This document shows, piece after piece, positions 51,101 through 60,602 of a DNA stretch of 64,000 bases. Origin of the DNA: Phoronis australis (taxonomy: Eukaryota > Animalia > Phoronida); NCBI GenBank assembly GCA_002633005.1, contig NMRA01000636.1, positions 109,529 to 173,528 of the forward strand, written 5' to 3'. A model generated the notes under the pieces. The model searched no databases and was not told where the DNA came from. It worked only from the letters and a program-made list of their open reading frames with translations. A program made the translations under genes and the position numbers. Position 1 is the stretch's first letter; each line of letters starts with the position of its first letter.

Positions 51101-54100
51101 AGCACTTTCGTTGATAGACGAGTGGACGGCAAAAAACATACTTGAAAACAGTAAAAGTGGCCACTAGGTTGCGCAAACTAGGTAAAATCCATCTGAAAAT
51201 GGAAAGATAGTGTCACCTCATTAACAGATGCCTGTATGCCAAATTTTATGAAAATACGTGTAGGACCTTTGAACATAGAGGTAAACGTAAAAACATGAAA
51301 TTGCCACTAGGTGGCACACTAGTAGTCAGATCCGTCCGAAAGTCGTTGTCGTCTGTTGTCAACATTATATAAATACACTTATTAAATTTAGTAAAGATCC
51401 TTCTAAAGATACAGCTATGGGCGCAAAAAAAACTGCCACTAGGAGGCGCCACAGTAGTCTAAGTCATCAGAAAATCATCGTCAGACGCCAACTTCATAGT
51501 AACAACATACATGCCAATTTTCACTATCATCCTTTGAGTGGTTTGGTTGATAGAGGGGTGGACGCAAAAAAACACACTCGAAGACAGTAACAATGGCCAC
51601 TAGGTGGCGCAAACTATGTTGAATCCATCCGGAAACGGGAGGACAGCTTCATCTCACTAATAGGTGCCACTATACCAAATTTAATGAAAATCCGTTCAGG
51701 ACTTTTGAAGATACAGAGGTAAACATAAAAAATTAAAATTGCCACTAGGGGGCACACCGGTAGTCGGATCCGTCCCAAAATTCGCTCATGCCGTCCCATT
51801 AACGGAAGGAACACATGTGCAAAATTTCATGAAGATATGTCGATGTGTTTTAGAGGTACAGCAGCAGACGCCGGACAGACGGAGATGACGGCATAATGCG
51901 TCCACCTATAAATAATTATGTGGGCGCATAAAATACCTTACATTTCATGAGTTAATTTGGCATAGAAACAAAACTGAATGGGTGATCAAAAATTTCTAAC
52001 AGCGTTTTTGAGGTAACTAGAGGAAGTTTTCATTTAAAAAGGGTTCATTAAAATCTACCACGGGGTTATTATACTAGAGATGTACCTTTATTAAAAATGA
52101 AATTTTGACTTAAAAAAGTGTTAACGTAATAATAAAGGCATATCAATATAAAACTTATTTTTATATCTCATCTTTTTTCTTTCCGAAAAATATGTACATT
52201 TATTAGTTGACATAGCCTGTTTACTCACACCCCCATGCACTGGTACAGGATGCACCCAAAACTGCAATGTAAGAAATTTCCTTGTTGCTACTAAATTTTC
52301 TTCTAAAGTTCATGTGAAAAGTTAACTGTTTTGGACATAAATTATAAAACTGCTTTCACAAAGAATAAATCCAAATACCATAGATCTTTTTATGCATCTA
52401 GTATAAAGTTATCAAAAGTCTGATAATCCATGTCCTTTTATCACTACAAAAACATTTAACATATCTATACTTTTGGAAAGGCCAGTAATTATCATCCAGA
52501 CATCAGTTAGGTGCTGAGTGGATGGTATTGTTCAGCCAGCCAGCCAGCCAGGCAGGCAGGCAGGCAGGCAGGCAGACAGGCAGACAGACAGACAGACAGC
52601 CAGACCAGCTGGTAGGAGAATGTAATAACCAACAATTATAGCACTTTCACCAGCAGTAGGAAAAACACCAATAATGTAAATAGTTACAAGCTTGCTCGAT
52701 ATTTTAGTTATCCTAAAACTGCTGGGTTTTTTGCCAGCACTTTTGTAGCTAGTTCGTTTACTTCAAATGCCTCACGTGTGAAGATGCCTTCATTTAATAT
52801 GGCACTTATCAATTTTTGGCGGAGAGTGTATGGTGTTTTGACACCAATTTTCACTTCACAATGATTTGAATGGTCACGAACGATAACTGTTGGCAAAAAT
52901 GTCCCCCTTGTCTGTGTGGCTAAAGCAACTTTTGCTAGCTTAGGACAACAGTTAAACTTGATTGTAAAGGGTGAGGCACAAGTTATCTGAAACTTGGCAA
53001 ACCCAATGAAGTTAGTCTGGATATTGCAATTACAATTAAGAAAACTAAAATCACAACTAGGGGACAATGCAGCAGTCAGATCCATCCAACAATTGACATG
53101 TCATGACATGTCATGCACACCTTACAGTGCTCGACGCTTAACTTAAAGGCAAAGGCAACCTTTTTTCATGTCAGTTTTAGCAAAAATAAGGTTCGTTGAT
53201 TATCCCAGACACATTTTTTACTTAATTACAGCTTTTAGTAATTTGATTAATTTCTCGTCCTCTACTCAGGAAGTGACATTTTGGGAGACAGACTTTTTCT
53301 GCCAATTTCTTTTCATTATACAGGGCTTGGAATGACCAATGACAAAAAACGCGGAAACCTTTACGGCCCAAAACGTGCGCGCAACCCAGCCTTGAAATAG
53401 TCGATGTGAACCTTTCGCCGACAAAAATCGGTACAACTAAAAAAAAGAAAACGTTACCACCATCAGTAGCATGTGTCTGCGTCTTTTTATCTCGTCCATC
53501 CACTCCTCCACTCCCAACCCACACATTTTTGGCTGCAGAGCCGTAGTATTTGTCACCGCGGTTTACAATCACACGAGACGCCATTGAAAATCCCACCACG
53601 CTATCCCAGATGCCCCGGCAATGTTGACAATTTACGTTCCTCTGAAACATAAAGAGCAACTTCCGCTTTTCGAGGTGAACGTCGTCAGCAACGCCGCGGT
53701 AAGAAAGCAATTTGCCGCGGAAATTTTACATCAAATCCAATTTTTTTATGCGGAAATATAATAAAATGCGCGGACAGAACATTTGAAAAAAGCATAAATC
53801 CGCGTTTCCGTGGAAAATTCCAAGCCCTGATTATAGTCTGACTGTGAGAGCTGTCGAGTCAGTCATTGTTCTACCTCGGTTGTGATAAGTTTGGCCGTCG
53901 TTTGCTTTTGTTAACAAGTCAGTCAACATGCCACGCTGTTGCTGCGTGCCATGATGTACTCATTATCGTCTCACACGTGCTTTGGGTACCTTGCATCGCT
54001 TTCCGAAGGATGACACACTTCGCCGTACTTGGCTAGCTTGTTCATGTGAAGAATGCAGCGCTACTTGTCCAAGCAACGTACAAAGCAGTGGAGGGTTATC

Positions 54101-56459
54101 AAGTGTGTGGCAAGCATTTTCTGCCGTCAGATTACAACAGAGATATGTACGCTGAATTGATGAAGGTCGCTGTGAAACAACACCTGAAGAAGGGTACCAC
54201 GTTGTTGTTGATTCCCGGCAGAGCCCCGTCGCCATCCCCAAGAAGTGCGTTTTTGAAGCGAGAAGCCTCGCAAACTGTGGCCACTATATACAGTGACAAG
54301 TGGCACTTCATCTACTGTCACTCGTGCCTCCGAACATACCCCATAGCGTGCAATTTCGGGAACTAGCAGTGATTCGTCCTGTGCTGTTGTCTCTAGCCCA
54401 GAGGCTGCAAGCAGCCCTGCAGCGATGTTGAGTAGTGGGAGTGAGGCCCAGTTCAACACCCAGTAAAGAGGACAGTTCGTCATCCAATGAAAAGATCGGT
54501 GAGCCAAAGACTCATAAGTTTATTGTGGACTTGTATTGGAGATATTTAGAAGGTGCCAGGTGTGTGGCGAGGGAGTCATACGGTGGGATGTAAGCAGCTT
54601 GGGTGCTCCGATCACCCTCCAGTGGGAGTGTGTCGTGGGACACTCGGGCAAGTGGGACAGTTCTTCCTCTGCACGTGAGACGATAATGAGTACGCAGCAA
54701 CAGCGTGGCATGTTGACTGACTCATAAGCAAAAGCAAACGACGACCGAAGTTATCACAACCAAGATAGAACAATGACTGACTCGACTGCTCTCACAGTCA
54801 GACTATATGAAAAGAAATTGGCGCGAAATTCTTGCCTCCCAAAACATCACTTCCGGAGTAGATGACGAGCAATTAATTAAACTACGAAAAGCTGTAAATA
54901 AGTGAAAAATATGTCTGGGATAATCAACGAACCTTATTTTTGCTAAAAATGACATGAAAAAAGGTTGTCTTCGCCTTTAATGCCAATTTGACAAATGCGA
55001 CTGAGCACAAATTCTAGGTCACCCAAAGAGAATTTAAGTTGCCAAAACTGAAGATCCCAAAATTGAGGTCGGAGGTCGCAACCCCAAAAACAACGTCGAA
55101 CTGCTGTCGATAATTAAAAATTATACACATCTGTCCCATTTTTCCTGTAAATATACAGCATTCACTGGGAATTGCAGTATACACATCGCCAGGTCAGACA
55201 ATCCAAGGCTGCCATCAACTGCCCAATCATTTAAAAAATGTTTACCCAAGTTTACAATTTATTCGGATATGTTTCTGACTTGAATATTGGTTTGCTCACC
55301 CTAACTCAATCTAACTGAATTCATCTTATCTACAGAGAACGCCGACCATGGGAAACACTGGAGGCGCATGTTTCATGGACCGACCCTGTCCGATTTTTAC
55401 CGAACACTTCTAACTTCCCTGTTTACTTCCTGTAGTAATTTGAGCATGTGTTTGATATGTACTGATTGCTGAGGTTGGCAAATGCACCCATTTCCTGACA
55501 GACAGAACAATTGTGAACCAAGACAGTGAATCTGGGGAAAATGTTGTTAATTTTAAGTCACCACAGATTATGAATCAAATTTTGGATGAATAATTGTCCC
55601 ACTTTGATACTCACTGTGGGGACTTCGGAATTTTTCCCAGATTACCAAGCACAACATGAGGTCATTGCAGGTTGCCAAATCGAGCATAGCCTTAATAAAA
55701 GCTCATTTGCCATGATTCTTCAGACGCACAGACACGAAAATAAACTTAGTTCACTGACTCACAAGTCATAAGAAAAGTACAAACTCCATGACTATGTATT
55801 CTCTTAAGTAGAGGAGGCAGTACAGTCTAGTTATTTTAGAAGGTCTACTTCCTGCTAGACCCTTGAGTCATATCTGTAGCTCCTCAGCACAAAAATGGTT
55901 CCAGGTCATCATTGTAATGGGCCCACCTGAGCAACCTATGCACGTCTGATAAAACGAGTATCAGACTTCCACCAAATATTTTTTTATTCCGTTGAAGTAG
56001 TCAATGAGCAAATTATGAATTGTGAGCACGCAAGATGTGTTGAACAAATTCAGGAACATTTATAGCAGTGTGCGAGCCTTGTTTATGAGTTGGCTAACTA
56101 AATTTATCGGGCCAATGTGCCACATTCACAAGTCCAGAACTATACAAGAGTGCAGCAGTGGTGTTCATCAAGCAGCTTACGAATTTCATTACATCATGAA
56201 TCAGTTCTATAATTTTCTTATTATTTTCTTTAAAGAAAAGTACATGTGTATGAAAGTTCATTGGTCAACTTTCAAAAATGCAAAAGGTGACATTAAAGCG
56301 TGCTGATAATGGCCGTCTAAAACACTCTACCTTGTTATCACATACCTCCACATATTTGTCCATTGTGGCATCAGTGGGCCGGTCCGTGATCAGAAACCTC
56401 ATCTGCTTGAACTTGATCTCCGCCGGCGCCGGCCTCCGCGACTTGATGCCACTCGACAT
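12021..56459 (-). CDS. PTP4A1: PRL-family (PTP4A) prenylated protein tyrosine phosphatase; spliced CDS join(56459-56346,40605-40513,15375-15245,13883-13809,12135-12021), 528 nt, 175 aa
   Basis: Five GT-AG exons (114+93+131+75+115 nt) join in frame to [178 protein letters not shown] hallmarks present: [24 protein letters not shown]-loop, polybasic tail, CAAX. Symbol is family-level (invertebrate PRL-1-like). Confidence 0.97.
12300..13228. mobile_element. MITE/foldback element with ~245-bp imperfect TIRs in PRL last intron
   Basis: 12300-12545 is the reverse complement of 12983-13228 (e.g. ggtatttattctctgtacttcgaccttcc / ggaaggtcgaagtacagagaataaatacc). Confidence 0.85.
13809..13883 (-). CDS. 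PTP4A1: PRL/PTP4A coding exon 4 (75 nt)
   Basis: ctttcag|GGCACC...AGAGT|gtaagt; [25 protein letters not shown]. Confidence 0.97.
15245..15375 (-). CDS. PTP4A1: PRL/PTP4A coding exon 3 (131 nt, catalytic loop)
   Basis: gattttcag|GATTGT...GGGCAG|gttagt; DCPFDDG...HCVAGLGR. Confidence 0.97.
15797..17418. repeat. 37-bp minisatellite (TAACACACTATATGTGTGTGAGAGTCCAGCTTCAGAA)n
   Basis: ~10 increasingly regular copies 15797-16187 and ~25 near-identical copies 16470-17418. Confidence 0.97.
16188..16468 (+). mobile_element. Left end of a pogo/Tc1-mariner-like element inserted at a TA in the minisatellite, cut by N at 16469
   Basis: cacacTA|CGGTAAAGTCGCG...; homologous diverged copy starts at 63748. 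Confidence 0.7.
18522..19755 (-). mobile_element. Family A element
   Basis: aacaagagcaac...gttgaaatgtgcccac 3' end; ccactagatggcgc, ccactaggaggcgc, ccactaggtggc subunits; ggacagagatgacgg...cccgcataaaa 5' end. Confidence 0.78.
20660..27697 (+). mobile_element. Family B Helentron-type cluster: tandem ~1-kb units plus 190-bp sub-array
   Basis: 5' palindrome TACTTGGCGGAA-tt-TTCCGCCAAGTA (~20866-20892, with degenerate copies from 20660); repeated 3' end CGCCAAGTgtCGCTCctccGAGCGctctcg+T run (~21165, 22220, 24405, 25750, 26780); 190-bp period at 24080/24270/24460. Confidence 0.75.
24629..25592 (-). mobile_element. Kolobok-like non-autonomous element with THAP remnant, nested in family B
   Basis: TTAA on both sides (24625-28, 25593-96); imperfect TIR ACAGTACACACCATG / AGTGTACACAACATG; minus strand RCVAGGCSN...[10 protein letters not shown]...[11 protein letters not shown] (broken THAP, ~25355-25160); plus-strand acidic ORF start [13 protein letters not shown] at ~24833. 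Confidence 0.75.
27698..28400 (+). mobile_element. Ty3/Gypsy LTR retrotransposon remnant: 135-bp 5' LTR, PBS, decayed gag
   Basis: TG...CA LTR 27698-27832 with AATAAA; PBS TGGTGGCAGCGGT at 27833 (complementary to a tRNA-Leu 3' end); gag-like ATLRTCLG...ETFERYQF...[17 protein letters not shown]...[14 protein letters not shown] with frameshifts. Confidence 0.85.
28669..30452. mobile_element. Non-autonomous TIR element with short ACTCGA subterminal repeats
   Basis: GCCCGGTCTCCAATCT-CGTACTCAGACTC at left matches GAGTCTGAGTACG-GAGATTGGAGACCGGGC at right; TSD not resolved. Confidence 0.75.
31050..32831. mobile_element. hAT-like non-autonomous element spanning a 158-N gap
   Basis: TIR CAGGGCTCGAC...GTCGAGCCCTG; GGTCGCA/TGCGACC subterminal repeats; flanks ATAAG/GTAAG (possible 5-bp TSD, 1 mismatch). 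Confidence 0.8.
33693..39675 (-). mobile_element. Cluster of nested or tandem family A elements
   Basis: 3' ends at ~33695 and ~34883; 5' ends (atgtgggcgcataa) at ~38420, 39190, 39672; many ccactaggNggc subunits; interrupted by family B at 35260-37142. Confidence 0.78.
35260..37142 (-). mobile_element. Family B element inserted into family A without TSD
   Basis: Host reads aaaa|ctaccactagg in an intact copy (~50566); both family B termini are present; ~310-bp internal tandem duplications 35350-36300. Confidence 0.8.
40513..40605 (-). CDS. PTP4A1: PRL/PTP4A coding exon 2 (93 nt)
   Basis: cattgtag|GAACTT...GTTTTG|gtaggt; [31 protein letters not shown] includes the Cys49-equivalent. Not in the ORF track. 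Confidence 0.96.
41336..42503. mobile_element. PIF/Harbinger-like MITE, 3-bp TSD CAT
   Basis: cat|CGGCCGATTTCATAAAGGTGGTTTAA...TTAAACCACCTTAATAAAATTGGCTG|cat; many AAACCAGGT subterminal repeats. Confidence 0.8.
41964..42119. mobile_element. 156-bp hAT-like MITE with 5-bp TSD CTACG, nested in the previous element
   Basis: ctacg|CAGAGGTGGATCCA...TGGATCCGCCCCTG|ctacg. Confidence 0.82.
43788..44070 (-). pseudogene. HIRAN-like domain remnant inside the pogo-like element
   Basis: [29 protein letters not shown]...GLQIP...FSG...KLKLLL resembles the GHVPRE-S---FL--GG...GLEIPC pattern of transposon-associated HIRAN-like proteins; N-terminus degraded. Confidence 0.55.
44598..44748 (-). mobile_element. 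Terminal 150 bp of the Harbinger-like MITE family, right of N 44597
   Basis: Near-identical reverse complement of 41336-41487; followed by a repeat of 44388-44596. Confidence 0.85.
46778..47847 (-). mobile_element. Family B element
   Basis: Reverse complement of the 22240-24010-type unit; 5' end ttccgccaagta at 47847. Confidence 0.82.
47883..48661 (+). pseudogene. Intronless minimal ubiquitin-specific protease (peptidase C19/USP) pseudogene
   Basis: Cys box GLRNV/(8 nt missing)/[11 protein letters not shown]; [12 protein letters not shown] at 48091; two CxxC pairs; [11 protein letters not shown]; His box AVIEHHG...GHYTCCVK; WINFDDS; several frameshifts. Confidence 0.88.
50330..51933 (-). 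mobile_element. Family A element, complete copy with 10 subunits
   Basis: Both termini present; motifs near 50428, 50571, 50721, 50857, 51000, 51160, 51303, 51435, 51596, 51741. Confidence 0.8.
52533..52605. repeat. Compound tetranucleotide microsatellite (GCCA)n(GGCA)n(GACA)n
   Basis: Directly visible. Confidence 0.9.
53147..54976 (+). mobile_element. Kolobok-like non-autonomous element with broken THAP/transposase 5' part; right arm is an inverted copy of the left arm
   Basis: TTAA|AGGCAAAGGCAACC...GGTTGTCTTCGCCT|TTAA; THAP from ATG 53928 (MPRCCC...LHRFPKD...W...VCGKHF...); 54670-54976 mirrors the left end including the THAP start. Confidence 0.85.
53321..53829. mobile_element. hAT-like MITE with 6-bp TSD ATTATA, nested in the Kolobok left arm
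   Basis: attata|CAGGGCTTGGAA...TTCCAAGCCCTG|attata; the empty site is visible in the sister copy at ~59410. Confidence 0.82.
56346..56459 (-). CDS. PTP4A1: PRL/PTP4A coding exon 1 (38 codons)
   Basis: ACCACGATG start (A at -3); encodes [38 protein letters not shown]; donor GAG|gtatgt. In-frame upstream ATGs at 56498 and 56531 have weaker context. Confidence 0.93.
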
Positions 56460-56861
56460 CGTGGTGGTGACCTCTGGTGACGATTTGGTGACACGCATCG
56501 ATTCCGTGATTGGCCTGTATACAAGGCACATGTAAGCGTAGCGAAGGCTAATCTCAATACAATTGTACAGCACTTAAAGAGTCCGTCGACGAGGGCTCTC
56601 CTCTCTTTGCAGTCGGTTTTCTACTAAAACGATACCCCAACAAAGCTTTACCCCATCTGTACATGGACCGAATTAACTGCGGCTACCTCACCCCATACAA
56701 AAGCGTAACAGCAACAATGTTGAGTTTGTGTTCCCCTATTAGATTGACCTGTTCGTGGAAACAAGTTCTCGTCTTTTTCTCTACTCGTCGTGTTGGCCTT
56801 GGCAGAAGTCTCCACTGTTGACAACAAACTCCATCCAGCTATGGCCGAATTCACCGAAGAA
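56460..56861 (-). promoter_or_regulatory. Probable 5' UTR part of the first coding exon of PRL, with several upstream AUGs
   Basis: Long polypyrimidine tract and acceptor ttttcctttctctcacaccacttttattattgtccttgttacag|TTCTTC at 56862/56861; no repeat seen between here and the ATG. An alternative acceptor (tatacag|G) lies at 56514. Confidence 0.6.
56781..56834 (-). promoter_or_regulatory. Candidate regulatory uORF, MEFVVNSGDFCQGQHDE* (17 aa)
   Basis: First AUG after the inferred acceptor; closed ORF ending ~320 nt upstream of the PRL start. Vertebrate PRL mRNAs have a Mg2+-responsive uORF. Confidence 0.55.
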
Positions 56862-57965
56862 CTGTAACAAGGACAATAATAAAAGTGGTGTGAGAGAAAG
56901 GAAAACATGGATATCAGTTATGCACCAGCACCGCAACGCAAGTGTGAAATACTGCACAACAGTGACAGAAAACACTTTAGATACAGTTAAAAACCTTCAT
57001 AAATTTTCGCTAATTTGACAAACAGTATTAGTGATAAGTGAATTTTTTCACTTTTTCATCAAGATAAGTAGCACAAAATTAATGCTTGATAAACATTTTC
57101 AAGTCACATGTGAGCAACAAACAAAGAGATCATTTGACCACAAAAAGTCGATGACATTGGAATCATCATTTCTAAGTTTGGTCTTTGCTCATTCAAGAAC
57201 AACAATGGAGATAAAATCCTATAATACCCTCTGTTAACAGCCAATGCCTTAAACTGTCATTAAGAGGAGAGAGGTACTTTTTGACTGTTATTTTGAGTTA
57301 TAGTAAATTAACTATGTCATCATTTTTTCAGGCAATGTCACCGATACACGTATGAAAACGTAGCACAAAGTTTTAACAAGTATGCACCCCAAGAATCTTA
57401 TTAATGTGACAAAACGCAACAACCATTTCTTAAATTTCTTTTCAAATTGATCAGATGTTCGTAAACATGATCACCATGGAAACAATGATCAACAAAAATG
57501 GTACTTCAACCCCGACTGCCATTTATTCTTCCAAGAACAACATGGAAACTATCATGGGAATATAGTGCTAGTACTGTAATTTGCTCTAAGAAACACTATC
57601 TGAACAACCATATCAACAAAAACAAAGCTTAATTAATAAGATAAAGACAATGAGATAAAGACAATGAGACCTGTTTATGTTTTGTAAGTGGCTATTCAAC
57701 AAACTAACATACATTTCTACCAAAGTTGCTTCACTTCACATCAAGTATTTGACAACAGGAATGAGACAAAACATCGATTCATTCGAGGAAACTAATGGAA
57801 AACCAAACAATAAATGCCCAGCTCAAGACAATGTATTCCAGTTGGCAAAATGAATAACATTACTCATTACTTACATACAAACAAGGAGCTTAGTTCACAA
57901 AGACTTTGATATGCACAAGAAGCCTATTATTGCCCAGGCAGCAGTGAAACTGTGGCAGATTCACA

Positions 57966-57968
<3 letters not shown>

Positions 57969-57997
<29 letters not shown>
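57969..57997. repeat. (AG)n microsatellite
   Basis: Directly visible. Confidence 0.9.
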
Positions 57998-57999
<2 letters not shown>

Positions 58000-59509
58000 T
58001 TACAGGGAGGAATCTTGTCTGTGATGATTTGCAGCATACCTCTGACCTGGTATTGACCCTGGGTAGTCAAGGAAGAAACCAAGGGCAAATACATACAGGA
58101 TCTACATTTAACACTGGTGTTTACAACTGGATCTGCACAGGAGTGGTAGGGTAGGCTGTGAAAACAACAAGAAAATTGACACCACTGACAAGGTTCTATT
58201 TTAACTTGTAGAGCTGCCTTGTAGATCTTGATTCCTCAAAACTCAGACCAGTAGTGGTAGAAACAGTACAAAAATACATTGCAGTCATGATGAAACCGAC
58301 GAACATAGCCGAGAAACGTTTTCAAACTTGTGATTTCAGGTTTCATTCAGTCACAGACAAGACATCCACTGGTAAATCTTTTAAGCAGAGAACATTAACC
58401 TTACAAATATCAGCTCAATGACCAATTAAGCACACGGTCACCGACTGTATTTATTCCTCTTCCACGGAAAACCCGAATTCAAACAACTATCAAACATCAA
58501 TGCTTAAGATGAGGCAATTGGAGCTCTCCAGCGTGTAATCAATATTTTGTAATGAAAATGCAGAAATTAAAGAGACTGGCACAATCATATAAATTAAGTA
58601 TAAATGCATGACACGATATATAGTGAACTGGACATCCAACAAATAAAAGCGGAATGCGATATCCCATTTCTTTAGATTATCATCACTGCCTGGTTGCAAC
58701 CAGGAAAATCATGAACTCTACATCGTTAAGCCTCTGCCTGCAGCCATCCTCTTTGGATCACAAGATCAATCATTGGTGCTTGAACCAGATCCTTGAAAAA
58801 CAGGGATGTGACTTTTGGGCACCCCGCAAATAACTTTAGACTAGAGACAACTGTCAAACCTTGTGGCATGCTTTAAGTAATCTTTTGAATTTCATGTGCC
58901 ATAGATTGGTTCCTTTTTCAAGCTGAGCCTCATGCTTGCCTGTTTAGGGTCCTACTCTTGGGAAGAACTGCAATATGCTTTAATGCTTAGACCTCAGAGC
59001 TTAGACTAACTACCCTAACTTTGTATTCTCAGATCAGGGCAACTTGAAAAGTGTCTGTTAAGAAACCCTGAGAGTGAACATGTGCAATTTATCTCTCAAC
59101 AATTTAACTAGGTATGCCCACTAAGGATAAGAACCTATTTATGTTGTTTCAAGGCCCTTTCATATTGACTTAACTCAGGTCTGAGCAGAGCGTCGACATA
59201 AACAGCGCAGTTAACTGGACCGTTCATACTGGCTTCGGTAGTTAAAGGCGAAGGCAACCTTTTTTCATGTCATTTTAAGCTAAAATAAGGTTGGTTGGTT
59301 ATCCTAGACATATTTTCCACTTAATTACAGCTTTTCGTAATTTTGTTAATTACTCGTCCGCTACTCCGGAAGTGACGTTTTAGGAGGCAAGCATTTCGCG
59401 CCAATTTCTTTTCATATAGTCTGACTGTGAGAGCTGCCAGTCAGTCATTGTTCTACCTCGGTTGTGTTAAGTTACGTCGTTGTTTGCTTTCATTTACTAA
59501 TCAGTCAAC

Positions 59510-60300
59510 ATGCCATACTGTTGCTGGGTACCGGGATGTACTAATTATCGTCTCACGCGCGCTTTGGGAGTACCTTAGCATCGCTTTCCGATGGATGACA
59601 CACTTCGCCGTACTTGGCTCGTTCGTGTGAAGAACGCAGCATTACCCGTCCACGCAACGTACAAAGCAGTCGAGAATTACCGTGTGTGTGGCAAGCACTT
59701 TCTGCCGTCCGATTACGAAAGGGATTTGTACGCTTAACTGATGAAGATCCCTGCGAAACAACGCCTGATGAAGGATGCCATTCCGTCTGTGTTAATTCCC
59801 GGCAGTGCCCCGTCGCCACCCCCGAGAAGTGCGTTTTTGAAGAGAGAAGCCTCGCGAGCTGTGGCCAGTACAGTGACTGGAGCCAGTGGAGGCACTTCAT
59901 CCACTGTCACCCGTGCCTCCGAACGTACCCCAGTGCGTGCCATTCCTTGAACCAGTAGTGATTCGCCCTGTGCTGTTTTCTCCAGCCCAGAGCCTCTAAG
60001 CAGCCCTGCAGCGATATTGAGTAGTGGGAGTGATTACAGGCCCAGTTCGACACCCAGTGAAGAGGACAGTTCGTCGTCCAATCAACTGATCGGTGAGCCA
60101 AACTTTGATAAGTTTATTGTGGACTTGTCTAAAGTGTTGGAGCTATTTAGAAGGTGCCAGGTGTGTGGCGAGGGAGTCACACAACACGATGTAGCAGTTT
60201 GGGTGCTCAGGTCACCATCCAGTTGGAGTGTGTCGCAGGACACTCTGGCAACTGGGACAGTTGTTCCTCTGCCCGTGGTATGCCGGAGGGCCACTTAACC
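59510..60300 (+). pseudogene. THAP-domain transposase N-terminal remnant
   Basis: MPYCCWVPGCTN...HRFP...W...RVCGKHF...AIPSV (THAP C2CH, 2 stops), Ser-rich linker, then KFIVDLSKVLELFRRCQVC...LECVAGHSGNW; DDE core missing. Confidence 0.85.
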
Positions 60301-60602
60301 GTGTCCAGTAGTGGCTTGGCCTCGTCGAACTCTGAACAGCACAAGAATTCCATTGAGGTAGGCATAACAACGCACACAGTGCATTTACACCAAGATGTGT
60401 CACCACGTCTGTCCTCAGTAGCCGCCTCGTTTCTCTCAACAGCTGCCTGTGCCTGTGCATAATCTGCCACGTTATACTCGGGCTCAAACATGTACCCACC
60501 CACTGAATGTCCGTGAAAAAATTCCTCGTCACCACTGCTGTGAACAAGGTCTCCGTCACACACACTACTGTCACTGTGATACGGGTCACCGACTCCAGCC
60601 AT
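60300..60602 (-). pseudogene. Second ORF (KolX-like) with P2X7-ballast-like Cys cluster, 3' truncated
   Basis: MAGVGD...acidic...YMFEPEY...SWCKCTVCVVMPTSMEFLCCSE; open frame up to the deletion junction. Confidence 0.72.

Noticed and set aside
53222-53710. Longest ORF in the track (162 aa)
   Set aside because: Crosses the junction between a MITE and the Kolobok TIR; no domain features.
56460-56573. N-terminal extension of PRL predicted by the ORF track
   Set aside because: No PRL similarity before MSSG; upstream ATGs have weak context; treated as leader, although minor use of ATG 56498 cannot be excluded.
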